The translations under genes and the position numbers were made by a program. From positions 930,001 to 994,000 of the forward strand of contig NW_025767257.1 of assembly GCF_003918875.1 (NCBI RefSeq): 64,000 nt of DNA, written 5' to 3'. Each line of letters starts with the position of its first letter. The stretch's first letter is position 1. This stretch comes from Haliotis rubra. Its lineage: Eukaryota. Positions 1 through 12,859 of the stretch are shown here, piece by piece. The notes below the pieces were generated by a model, which searched no databases, was not told the origin of the DNA, and was given only the letters and a program-made list of their open reading frames with translations.

Positions 1-3000
1 TTCAACTACCTACTGTGCGCATGCGCCACCCCTCAACATTCCCTAGGACGAATCTTACAGCAATGCCCCAATTTATGTAACCGGTATGTTTCATTGAGCA
101 CTACACCAGTGTAGAGACGCGGCCAGATCAATAGATTTCTGTAGACACAGTCTTGTAGAAGCTGAAGCTAGCTCATTGGTGTGTTTCGATTATAGGTTGG
201 GTTTATCGATTAGTAAGTCCTTCTGTGTTGTGGTGATCAGACGTCCCGTTGGACAAATTTACTTGATAGACTGAAGGGTTGCATTTCCTCTGTAAGGGTC
301 ATAGCACGGTTGATGTATTATTACAATACATCGGATAGTTATTGCAGAGATCGTTACTCCCAAGGGATCCCATATTGTAGTTCACATTGTCTCGTTCTTG
401 TACTTGTAACTCTAATTGCATTGAGCATGTACAGTTTTTAATGAGAGAAAGTAAATGTCACCCTGACACAATGCTCATGTGCTAATATTGTTAGAAGCAA
501 TGACAAGTGGTATGTCATGTTGATAGTAATAGTAATTATATTGTAGAATTTACCCCAAGCTTTACCACAATTATGTAAATGAATGTGACAGGTGTATTGA
601 TGTTTTATATTCAGTCAACTTAACAAATGTGACATCCACCAGTTCATAACGTTGTCATCAAGTAGTTACCGTGACGGAACTATAATGAAATCCTTAAGCA
701 GAAAGTTCGTGTAGTCCTTGATGCACCCAGTAACCCATGTGCTGTGTTGAAAGACTTAGCTTGGTGATCGTGTCACGAAAACAAACATGTTTATATTGCC
801 AAGGAATGCAGCATACAGTCAACGTAATACAACGCTTATTTCCCTGCGTAGTCGATCTTACTTCCTTGTTCTATCGACCTTCTGTTTACGGATATAGTTC
901 ATGGCAAATTGATTAGGGATTATAGACGCGACAAATCGTATTGTCTGTCACCATATCACTTGCGTCTGCGTCCCGTGACATATGCACTTTCTAAACTTTG
1001 TGGAAACTGTAAATAATTGCGAGAAAATAAAAGCAGGTGTGGTTAAGATCGGTATCGAAGAACGATGCATGCGATCTCGCCATCTTCTAACCAACCTGCT
1101 TCAATATTGATATTGTGATAAAAGCAGACTGCGTTATGTAATGTGGTGTAGCTATGTATTATTCATAGCTAGGATATTGTTGTGTCTGCTAGGCATCGGC
1201 ATGTTCAGTCACTTGCAACACATTATATCTACTTGCATGGCCAAATGGATATATAGATCATTTAATTATGACTCTAAATAAATTCGTATTTATTGATATA
1301 TTTCGAAGCTGGAAATTACGATATTGTTGCGTTAGTGTGTTTTGGTAATGCAGTTCCCATATCAGATCCTGTTCCCAAAATGTGTTGGAACATCGGTACG
1401 CGAGATTCATTAATCATGAAGCACCCATCTGCTGAATGTGTCAATGATGCACCAATGTATCACTCACTGAAGAGAAGCTGAGATCAACAACTATACAGCT
1501 GGTTGCTCTTCATTGAATTGCCAACCCACACACCATCACACCCCATCTTGGCAGTCGGGTTCATGGAGGCTCTCTCTGTCTTATGCTTGAAAGTGTGCGG
1601 CTAGATTGTCACCCACTGAAGGTTACTCTTTTACCCGCAAATGACCAAAGATAATGCTGGCCACTGCATTAAACCCGGTGCCAAAAGTAACCCCTGTTCT
1701 GGAAGTAACGTTCTTGCCCATTTTGTTCTTCAGTGGCAAAACGAGCAACAAGCAGAGGCTGGCGAAGTACACTTGCCTGGCTGCGGTGAAAGTATTATGG
1801 GGTTGCTCCTTTATGCCCCCTCTGGAAATGCGTTCAAAGGTGTTTATTATGCCTAACCAAAGACCACATCAGACCCAGTGTGTTCCTACTGCATATGACA
1901 GGGTGAGTTCAGTGTTGGTACACAGCACGGCGCCTTCATTGTAGACCAACTTGTCACAACACATTTCGAAATGTTTACGCACTGACGTTGTTGCAGGCTG
2001 CTGCTTCTCGGGAAACATGATAAAACAGATTTGTAACATACATGACTATGTCTGTTGGCAAATATGGGTCGTCCAGATCAATATCTTACATTTCCAAGGA
2101 TTACATAAAACAGAGACCTCATATTACACACATCGCTGTGTGACAAAACTTCCTGGTTCCTGCTCAGCCTCTAACCAGGTCGCTTTACTATTGTTGCCTC
2201 CAATCCAATTGTTCTTCCAGGTAGAATGTCTCATACGTGGGCAGGTATAGAATCTTTGATCGTCTATCATGGACAGCCTCTGTTGCTGAAACAATTGGGA
2301 GGTTAGCAATAAACTACTATCAGGGTAGATTTGTACGTTGACGTCAGTGACTGTTCATTAAGGATACCTTCATCCGTGCACAATTTGCACAATTTGATCA
2401 AGACACAATCTGTTTCCGATTCTGAGCATAATGGCATACACGGAAGTGTATATATTTTCAAGAGTATTTCAAGCAGAATGCATCATTTTAGCTAATATAA
2501 TACAGGAACACCTCTGATAATTATGTTTTGATTCACAATCCATATATGTATATATGCGTATAACATTAAAGAAATCTTGTTTTCAAATGGAACGTGTGTA
2601 AAATTATATTTTACAAAATAAATCTGTCATTGTTTTTCTTGTTATTTATGGTAACATTTGCCAAATAGTGCGTAAATATACATGGCCAGCTTATATGGTG
2701 AAAGTAGCTCCAAATTATAACAACGCATGCAGCGTTTGCGCTTTGCTCGTTGACATTACAAAGGCAGCGGTCAATTAACCCTTACTTCTGTTACATCTTT
2801 GTGGCATTGACTTGGGATGATTACAATCATGTTTGTTAATCCTAATGAAATGAAATCCGTTGGGTGTAATTTATTAACGAGCTGACATCTTGTTACGTTT
2901 ATCGACTAGTTTCTTAAATATGCGTTGCTTTGTGTCCTCTGTTCTGGTGAATCTTACTCGAGAACTTGAGAAAATTGACGATGAACTATATATTTTACAT

Positions 3001-3449
3001 ACAAACTATCCTAAAGGGCATTTGCTTTTATTTGAGCTTCTTAAAATGTGCCTTTTCGAAATGTGTAATAGACTTCAGCAGGTTGCCTCTGTACTGAACT
3101 ACTTTCCACGTGTCAGTTATAGCCTTCAGCAAGTTGACCTTAAACTGAACTACTTTTCGTGTGTACGGCGTCTCCTTGAGTGTGCACTAGCTTCCGGGCT
3201 TCCCTGGGTTTACTGAACTAGTTTTCCGCTGCCAGTAACCCCCTTTAGGTATGTGGTATCTAGAAAATGCTTGGTTCAATTTCCATCACAGACTTCTAAC
3301 CACTGCCTGCACACACGCTCCACTATAATGTGGCCCCACCTCACATGGCTTTCCAGGTAAATGTCTCAACCTGCATTGTTTTCTCAGATGTTGAAAACTC
3401 ATCATATCAGCAATATCCAAACGTTCCTTCAGTTAATAAATCTGTCACG

Positions 3450-6400
3450 TGCAAAATGTCACGAGCTGTATATCCCTGTGTGACTGAGGTGTCAGTATAT
3501 GTCACAATCCGTAACGAGATATGTATTTCTGTGCCTGATATGTCAATATATGTCACAATCTGTCACTTGCTGTATATCCCCTGGTGACTGAGATGTCAGT
3601 GCATGCGACAATCAGTGACGAGATAGATGTATGTGTGATTGATGAGTCAGTGTGTGTCTCAATCCGTAGGAGTTATATATGTCTGTATGACAATCTGTAT
3701 GATTGATGTGTCAGTGTGTGTCTCAATCCATGTCTATGACAATCTGTCCAGCTGTATATCCTGTATGACTGAAGTGTCAGTGTATGTCACAATCTGTCAC
3801 CAGCTGTATATCCCTGTATGACTGAAGTGTCAGTGTATGTCACAATCACCAGCTGTATATCCCTGTCAACCAGCTGTTTATCCCAGTATGACTGAAGTGT
3901 GGTGTGTATGTCAGTGCATGCCACAATCAGTGACACCAGCTGTATATCCCTGTATGACTGAAGTGTCAGTGTCATGTCACAATCTGTCACCAGCTGTATA
4001 TCCCTGTAACATCTGAGCTGTCAGTGTATGTCACAATCTGTCACCAGCTGTATATCCCTGTATGACTGAAGTGTCAGTGCATGTCAATCTGTCACCAGCT
4101 GTATATCCCTGTAACACTGAAGTGTCAGTGTATGTCAATCTGTCAATCTGTATACCAGCTGTATCACAATCTGTCACCAGCCCTGTATGACTGAAGTGTC
4201 AGTGTATGTCATCTGTCACCAGCAATCTGTCACCAGCTGTATATCCCTGTGTGACTGAAGTGTCAGTGTATGTCACAATCTGTCACCAGCTGTATATCCC
4301 TGTGTGACTGAAGTGTCAGTGTATGTCACAATCTGTCACCAGCTGTATATCCCTGTGTGACTGAGGTGTCAGTGTATGTCACAATCTGTCACCAGCTGTA
4401 TATCCCTGTGTGACTGAAGTGTCAGTGTATATCACAATCTGTCACCAGCTGTATATCCCTGTATGACTGAAGTGTCAGTGTATGTCACAATCTATCACCA
4501 GCTGTATATCCCTGTATGACTGAAGTGTCAGTGTATGTCACAATCTGTCACCAGCTGTATATCCCTGTGTGACTGAAGTGTCAGTGTATGTCACAATCCG
4601 TAACGAGATATGTATTTCTGTGCCTGATATGTCAATATATGTCACAATCTGTCACTTGCTGTATATCCCCTGGTGACTGAGATGTCAGTGCATGCCACAA
4701 TCAGTGACGAGATAGATGTATGTGTGATTGATGAGTCAGTGTGTGTCTCAATCCGTAGGAGTTATATATGTCTGTATGACAATCTGTCACGAGCTGTATA
4801 TCCCTGTATGACTGAGGTGTCAGTGTATATCACAATCTGTCACCAGCTGTATATCCCTGTATGACTGAGGTGTCAGTGTATGTCACTATCTGTCACCAGC
4901 TGTATATCCTGTATCAGTGAAGTGTCAGTGTATGTCACAATCTGTCACCAGCTGTATATCCCTGTATGACTGAGGTGTCAGTGTATATCACTATCTGTCA
5001 CCAGTTGTATATCCCTGTATGACTGAAGTGTCAGTGTATGTCACAATCTGTCACCAGCTGTATATCCCTGTGTGACTGAAATGTCAGTGTATGTCACAAT
5101 CCGTAACGAGATATGTATTTCTGTGCCTGATATGTCAATATATGTCACAATCTGTCACTTGCTGTATATCCCCTGGTGACTGAGATGTCAGTGCATGCCA
5201 CAATCAGTGACGAGATAGATGTATGTGTGATTGATGAGTAAGTGTGTGTCTCAATCCGTAGGAGTTATATATGTCTGTATGACAATCTGTCACCAGCTGT
5301 ATATCCCTGTATGACTGAAGTGTCAGTGTATATCACAATCTGTCACCAGCTGTATATCCCTGTGTGACTGAGGTGTCATGTGTATCTGTGTCAGCTGTAT
5401 ATCCCTGTGACTGAAGTCAGTGTATGTCACAATCTGTCACCAGCTGAGGGTGTCACAATCTGTCACCAGCTGTATATCCCTGTGTGACTGAAGTGTCAGT
5501 GTATGTCACAATCTGTCACCAGCTGTATATCCCTCCGTGACTAAAGTGTCAGTGTATATCAAAATCTGTCACCAGAATTATATCCCTGTATGACTGAGGT
5601 GTCAGTGTATGTCACTATCTGTCACGAGCTGTATATCCTGTATCAGTGAAGTGTCAGTGTATGTCACAATCTGTCACCAGCTGTATATCCCTGTATGACT
5701 GAGGTGTCAGTGTATATCACTATCTGTCACCAGTTGTATATCCTGTATCAGTGAAGTGTCAGTGTATATCACAATCTGTCACCAGCTGTATATCCCTGTG
5801 TGACTGAGGTGTCAGTGTATGTCACAATCTGTCACCAGCTGTATATCCCTGTGTGACTGATGTGTCAGTGTATATCACTATCTGTCACCAGCTGTATATC
5901 CTGTATCAGTGAAGTGTCAGTGTACGTCACAATCTGTCACCAGCTGTATATCCCTGTGTGACTGAGGTGTCAGTGTATGTCACAATCTGTCACCAGCTGT
6001 ATATCCTGTATCAGTGAAGTTTCAGTGTATGTCACAATCTGTCACCAGCTGTATATCCCTGTGTGACTGAGGTGTCAGTGTATGTCACAATCTATCACCA
6101 GCTGTATATCCCTGTATGACTGAGGTGTCAGTGTATGTCACAATCTGTCACCAGCTGTATATCCCTGTGTGACTGAGGTGTCAGTGTATATCACTGCCTG
6201 TCACCAGCTGTATATCCTGTATCAGTGAAGTGTCAGTGTACGTCACAATCTATCCCCAGCTGTATATCCCTGTGTGACTGAGGTGTCAGTGTATGTCACA
6301 ATCTGTCACCAGCTGTATATCCTGTATCTGTGAAGTGTCAGTGTATATCACAATCTGTCACCAGCTGTATATCCCTGTGTGACTGAGGTGTCAGTGTATG

Positions 6401-7180
6401 TCACAATCTGTCACCAGCTGTATATCCTGTATCAGTGAAGTGTCAGTGTACGTCACAATCTATCACCAGCTGTATATCCCTGTGTGACTGAGGTGTCAGT
6501 GTGTGTCACAATCTGTCACCAGCTGTATATCCCTGTGTGACTGAAGTGTCAGTGTATGTCACAATCTATCACCAACTGTATATCCCTGTGTGACTGAGGT
6601 GTCAGTGTATGTCACAATCGGTCACCAGCTGTATATCCCTGTGTGACTGAAGTGTCAGTGTATGTCACAATCTATCACCAGCTGTATATCCCTGTGTGAC
6701 TGAGGTGTCAGTGTATGTCACAATCTGTCACCAGCTGTATATCCTGTATCAGTGAAGTGTCAGTGTATGTCACAATCTGTCACCAGCTGTATATCCCTGT
6801 GTGACTGAAGTGTCAGTGTATATCACAATCTGTCACCAGCGTTATATCCCTGTATGACTGAGGTGTCAGTGTATGTCACAATCTGTCACCAACTGTATGT
6901 CCTGTATCAGTGAGGTGTCAGTGTACGTCACAATCTATCACCAGCTGTATATCCCTGTGTGACTGAGGTGTCAGTGTATATCACTATTTGTCACCAGCTG
7001 TATATCCCTGTGTGACTGAGGTGTCAGTGTATGTCACAATCTGTCACCAGCTGTATATCCCTGTATGACTGAGGTGTCAGTGTATGTCACAATCTGTCAC
7101 CAGCTGTATATCCCTGTGTGACTGAAGTGTCAGTGTATGTCACAATCCGTAACGACACAGATTTGTATGTGTGATTGATG
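3450..7180. repeat. 53-bp minisatellite array with a recurring diverged ~200-bp block
   Basis: Unit cacaatctgtcaccagctgtatatccctgtgtgactgaagtgtcagtgtatgt (period 4261->4314). Diverged block at ~3503, ~4592, ~5095, partial at 7141. Confidence 0.95.
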
Positions 7181-7321
7181 AGTCAGTACACGTAACAAGT
7201 CACTATTACCACTTCCATTATCAATCATCACATCCATCAGAAACCTGCAATCACGAAGGTATCAAATGCCATGGTATATTTGCTATCTCCATATGATGGA
7301 GAACAAATATAAACACTTAAG

Positions 7322-9205
7322 CTAAACGTTTGATATGAAGGTACAAGTAAACGTTTGACGTTTGACATGAAGGTTCAAGTGAACGTTTGACGTTTGACAT
7401 GAATGTTCAAATAAACGTTTGACGTTTGAAATGAAGGTTCAAGTAAACGTTTGACTTTTGACATGAAGGTTCAGGTGAACGTTTGATATGAAGGTTCAAG
7501 TGAACGTTTGACGTTTGACATGAAGGTTCAAGTGAACGTTTGACGTTCAAATAGACGTTTGACGTTTGACATGAAGGTTCAAGTAAACTTTTGACGTTTG
7601 ACATGAAGGTTCAAGTGAACGTTTGACATGAAGGTTCAAGTGAACGTTTGACGTTTGACATGAAGGTTCAGGTGAACGTTTGATATGAAGGTTCAAGTGA
7701 ACGTTTGACGTTTGACATGAAGGTTCAAGTGAACGTTTGACGTTTGACATGAAGGTTCAGGTGAACGTTTGATATGAAGGTTCAAGTGAACGTTTGACAT
7801 GAGGTTCAAGTGAACGTTTGACATGAAGGTTCAAATAAACGTTTGACGTTTGACATGAAGGTTCAAGTAAACTTTTGACGTTTGACATGAAGGTTCAAGT
7901 GAACGTTTGACGTTTCACATAAAGGTTCAAGTGAACGTTTGACGTTTATGAAGAAGTTCAAGTGAACGTTTGATGAATGTTGAAGTTCAACGAACGTTTG
8001 ACATGAAGGTTGAAGTGAACGTTTGACATGAAGGTTCAAGCGAACGTTTGACATGAAGGTTCAAGTGAACGTTTGACGTTTCACATAAAGGTTCAGGTGA
8101 ACGTTTGATATGAAGGTTCAAGTGAACGTTTGACGTTTGACATGAAGTTCAAGTAGAACGTTTGATATGAATGTTCAAGTGAACGTTTGACATGAATGTT
8201 CAAGTGAATGTTTGACATGAAGGTTCAAATAAACTTTTGACGTTTGACATGAAGGTTCAAGTGAACGTTTGACGTTTGACATGAAGGTTCAAGTAAACGT
8301 TTGACGTTTGACATGAAGGTTCAAGTGAACGTTTGACATGAAGGTTCAAGTGAACGTTTGACGTTTGACATGAAGGTTCAGGTGAACGTTTGATATGAAG
8401 GTTCAAGTGAACGTTTGACGTTTGACATGAAGTTCAAGTAGAACGTTTGACATGAAGGTTCAAGTGAACGTTTGACATGAATGTTCAAGTGAATGTTTGA
8501 CATGAAGGTTCAAATAAACTTTTGACGTTTGACATGAAGGTTCAAGTGAACGTTTGACGTTTGACATGAAGGCTCAAGTGAACGTTTGATATGAAGGTTC
8601 AAGTGAACGTTTGACGTTTGACATGAAGGTTCAAGTGAATGTTTGATATGAAGGTTCAAGTGAACGTTTAACATGAATGTTCAAGTGAACGTTTGATATG
8701 AAGGTTCAAGTGAACATTTGATATGAAGGTTCAAGTGAACGTTTGACGTTTGACATGAAGGTTCAAGTGAACGTTTGACATGAAGGTTCAAGTGAACGTT
8801 TGATATGAAGATTCAAGTGTACGTTTGACGTTTCACATAAAGGTTCAAGTGAACGTTTGACATGAAGGTTCAAGTGTACGTTTGACGTTTGACATGAAGG
8901 TTCAAGTGTACGTTTGACCTTTGACATGAAGGTTCAAGTGGACGTTTGACGTTTGACATGAAGGTTCAAGTGAACGTTTGATATGAAGGTTCAAGTGAAC
9001 GTTTAACATGAATGTTCAAGTGAACGTCTGATATGAAGGTTCAAGTGAACGTTTGACGTTTGACATGAAGGTTCAAATGAACGTTTGAGATGAAGGTTCA
9101 AGTGAACGTTTTATATGAAAGTTCAAGTGTACGTTTGACGTTTGACGTGAAGGTTCAAGTGAAGCTTTGACATGAAGGTTCAAGTGAACGTTTGACGTTT
9201 GACAA
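7322..9205. repeat. 25/32-bp minisatellite
   Basis: Unit atgaaggttcaagtgaacgtttgac, with or without an extra gtttgac heptamer. Confidence 0.95.
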
Positions 9206-10219
9206 AACTGAGAAAACATTTGGCATACAAGTTACAGTAACCATATGGTAGGCAAGTATTATATAACATGTTACAGTTACTTTTAACTAAAGTACGCTTG
9301 ACTTCTGACATATATCTTAGTACACGGAAACATTAAGCACACGTAAAAGTTAAGTGCATGTAAAAGTAAACTGCTGAATCTATCAAATGTATGCAACTGA
9401 GCCACTGTACCTCAAATTAGCGTTTCTGCAATGATGAATAAATCACTGTTCAGCTCCATGAACAAAACGGTGTAAGTGTAAACAGTTGCACGGGTCTACA
9501 GCACTGAACAAGTATTGAAATCTCGGTCACGGAAGGAGTGCCTGATCCATTGAGACCGGTCTCTGGTTAAGAACATCAGCTGGGTCAGAAATCAATATTT
9601 CCTCATCTAACCGAGCAACACTTCTCGACAACCAACCTTTGAAGCATCCATTGTCAAAATCGGCACGGCATATATATTACATTTCATTGCACTGTTTCGT
9701 GTCTACATTTGACAAATAACATTTGCAAACATTTCAGTCTCATAGTCTAACAGTGTTTACCGTTTAGTTGAAGATATACGACTTCTACTTACGCTGATAT
9801 CAAGCCACTAAAACTGTTTATTGTTTATCACGTATCATAAGCATACTGATATTACTCAGTATGTGGGTGATTCTTTTATACGCTTAGTCTCAAGACTCAA
9901 ATGGGCTGTGAGTTGCACGTATTAATGTATACGTACTTGCTCCGTTCAGTTTATGTGTCTTGTAAGTCAATTTTTTTCTAAACCATTTATATTTCTATTC
10001 AGCTTAACATAAATGTTATAGACGTGATGAGAGCATTTACCACAAACATCTACCTTTGATTGGTTTTATCTTCATAACATATTCATTTGCAAGCCATCTG
10101 AAATGATTGAATGTTGATCAACGAATCATTGACTGTCTATGTAATTACAGTTAGCATTATTGAGTCGCTAGAGACATATTATTTGTCCAAACCTTCTCAA
10201 AATTGTACATACGTGACGA

Positions 10220-10385
10220 GGGGCGATGGGGTAGTCCAGTGGTTAAAGCGTTCGCTCGTCACGCCGAAGACCCAGGTTCGATTCCCCACATGGGTACAAT
10301 GTGTGAAGCTAATTTCTGGTGTCCCCCGCCGTGATATTGCTAGAGTATTGCTAAAAGCGGCCTGAAACCACACTCACTCACTCAC
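10220..10385 (+). mobile_element. tRNA-derived SINE family A, full copy
   Basis: A-box-like gtagtccagtgg, B-box ggttcgattcc, body gggtacaatgtgtgaagc...ctggtgtccccc, tail gatattgct..a.tattgctaaaagcggc..(cact)n. Multiple copies in the window. Confidence 0.9.
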
Positions 10386-12155
10386 CATACTGACTCGATA
10401 TTAAACAAATAAGTATTATGTAACCATAAACATGATGAACATGATAGTAATAATCCTAGTCTGTCTCTTGAACATGTACGGCCAAACTTGTTTTAAAATG
10501 AAACTTATATTTTTGCAACTTCCAAATCAATGGTTGTATACTATCATTTCCCTTGAGACCGAATGCGCAAGGCTGATACCTGTAGAAAGTGACGAGAAAT
10601 TCTGATTAATAGCCTGAAAAAGTATAAAAATTGACGCTTGGAAGCAGAGCTCTTAACAAGTAGTAATAAAGTGATCATGAGGCGTTATCGTGTGACAAAC
10701 GAACTGTGTTACCCCATTGCACGCGTGCGATGTACCTCAACTTGAGCTTATCTCTTGTACAGCAACTTGAAGCCAGGAGATCACACGCCTGGTGCATGAA
10801 TCTTACATCGGGTTATCCGGGAACTACATATGAGAGTAGGGGTAGGTGTCGAAAGACCCCAGTCACAGATAAGATATGACTTTTTCAAAATGGTAAATAC
10901 ATCGTGTTTTTAGGGATACTCCCACGTTTGTCTTTATTACAGAAAAACAAGTTGGTTCTCGTACAGAACGGTAGGGCCGACAGGATCTCTTCCTCTAACA
11001 TGTGCAGGCATAATTTGAAAGAAATTACATTGTGGTAACTCACTGTAATATCTTAATATGACATCTGCATCCAAGTATAGCGTTGTTGCGTCTCCATACT
11101 TGAAACGCGAATATATTTGTGACTTTGTGTCATTGGTTTAAGACAGTTATGATTGTCAATCATGACATTTCCTATGGATGCTGGAGCATCCCCAAGTAAC
11201 CTACAGTAATTCCTTATATCTGCTGAATTATCAAATTACAAAACTCACCAACCGGACATGATTCAATTCCAGTATCAAATTGTCACTGTAAACGACAGTT
11301 ACTTTCATTATGTGAATAACTAACAGATACTTAAAGGTCAGGGCGTACCAGAGAAGTCATCTTGTTCACAGATAGATACGCTACCTGGGAATCGCGGGGG
11401 AAGTCGACTGTCGACTGTCGAAGTCGAGCTATAAGTCGCTGAACAAATTATACTAGCGTTGATGAATTACTATACTTTGACCAAAGTTATGTCCTCTTTC
11501 AGGTTCATAATAGGTAAATGTGGTACTATATGATATGCACGTATGCATGTGTTACCTACTGATGCATGATCAGCATTGACCAAACGTCTCAGAAACAAGG
11601 AACAATGACGCATTACTCATATAAGTATTTTTGACATTTTTGTTCTCAAGAAACTTTCATCTTGCACTTAGAGTGTTCCGAACCAATTTGCCATTTTTTC
11701 ATTGAGTTCTTGAAAGTACTATCAATTCATCGTATTATCTTTATTCCTAACAAAATTACCCTCGCCTCAGCCTGTTCCCCTGGGGCGAGGTGCCTCATTA
11801 ATTATTCGGAAGGGCCAATTGTTTGATGGCTGCAATTAGCTCTTCTCGACAAAACATCGGTAATCCAATAAATTCTATTGCAAGTAATGGCATGGAGATA
11901 ACATCAGATGCTAGATTGGATGATGGACAACCTACATGTCGAGCTACGTGCGTTCGGATTAGATATAAATAAACAAGGAAAAACAAACAAGTCTGTTTCA
12001 GATGAGGCGAGTATGATGCAGCGTTAGTAGCTCAACACAGCAAAAAAAACAAAATAGTTCTAAGAAACACATATTGACCTCAGTAATGCGTTTGTGGAAA
12101 GAACAATTGTAAGTTTATGATATGCACGTCGTGTGCAGAACACACTCCATACAGT

Positions 12156-12635
12156 GCACATCAAGTGTACGATACGCTTTAAGTATAGAGTACAATGACA
12201 GGGTGTATCAGTTATAACCTGCATATCAAGTATACGATACACTTTAAGTATAGAGTACAATGACAGGGTGTATCAGTTATGACCTGCACATCAAGTATAC
12301 GATACACTTTAAGTATAGAGTACAATGACAGGGTATATCAGTTATAACCTGCACATCAAGTATACGATACACTTTAAGTATAGAGTACAATGACAGGGTA
12401 TATCAGTTATAACCTGCACATCAAGTATACGATACACTTTAAGTATAGAGTACAATGACTGGGTATACCTGTTATAACCTGCACATCAAGTATACGATAC
12501 ACTTTAAGTATAGAGTACAATGACTGGGTATACCTGTTATAACCTGCACATCAAGTATACGATACACTTTAAGTATAGAGTACAATGACTGGGTATACCA
12601 GTTATAACCTGCACATCAAGTATACGATACACTTT
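12156..12635. repeat. 65-bp tandem repeat (~7.4 copies)
   Basis: gca(c/t)atcaag starts at 12156, 12221, 12286 ... 12611. Confidence 0.95.
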
Positions 12636-12662
12636 TTCCTTTTTTCCTTTTCTACGAACAAC

Positions 12663-12795
12663 TATTCAGTGTGTATCAGTTATAACCTGCACATCAAGTA
12701 TTCCGTGTGTATCAGTTATAACCTGCACATCAAGTATTCAGTGTGTATCAGTTATAACCCGCACATCAAGTATTCAGTGTGTATCAGTTATACCC
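12663..12795. repeat. 36-bp tandem repeat (~3.5 copies)
   Basis: Unit tattcagtgtgtatcagttataacctgcacatcaag. Confidence 0.9.
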
Positions 12796-12859
12796 TACAT
12801 ATTATGTATAAAGTACTCAGCAAGTATGCAAAGCATATTAATATACACATCACGTGTAC

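Noticed and set aside
16-27. tgcgcatgcgc NRF1-like palindrome as a promoter
   Set aside because: A single motif at the window edge with no linked exon or CpG-rich region.
10220-10295. tRNA-Asp-like gene (and the equivalent heads of other family A copies)
   Set aside because: A and B boxes are present, but there is no proper acceptor stem and each is fused to the same SINE body, tail and TSD.
10761-10840. Candidate upstream GPCR exon (QLEARRSHAWCMNLTSGYPG...), plus similar AG..GT candidates near 11504, 24770, 30740 and 38428
   Set aside because: Plausible splice signals but no convincing GPR158 Cache-domain motif such as W..PY.DC or W..TYS.P.
11760-11790. GC-rich hairpin cctcgcctcag...ctggggcgagg as a terminator or Helitron end
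   Set aside because: Intrinsic terminators do not apply here, and no downstream CTRR end or second terminus could be identified.
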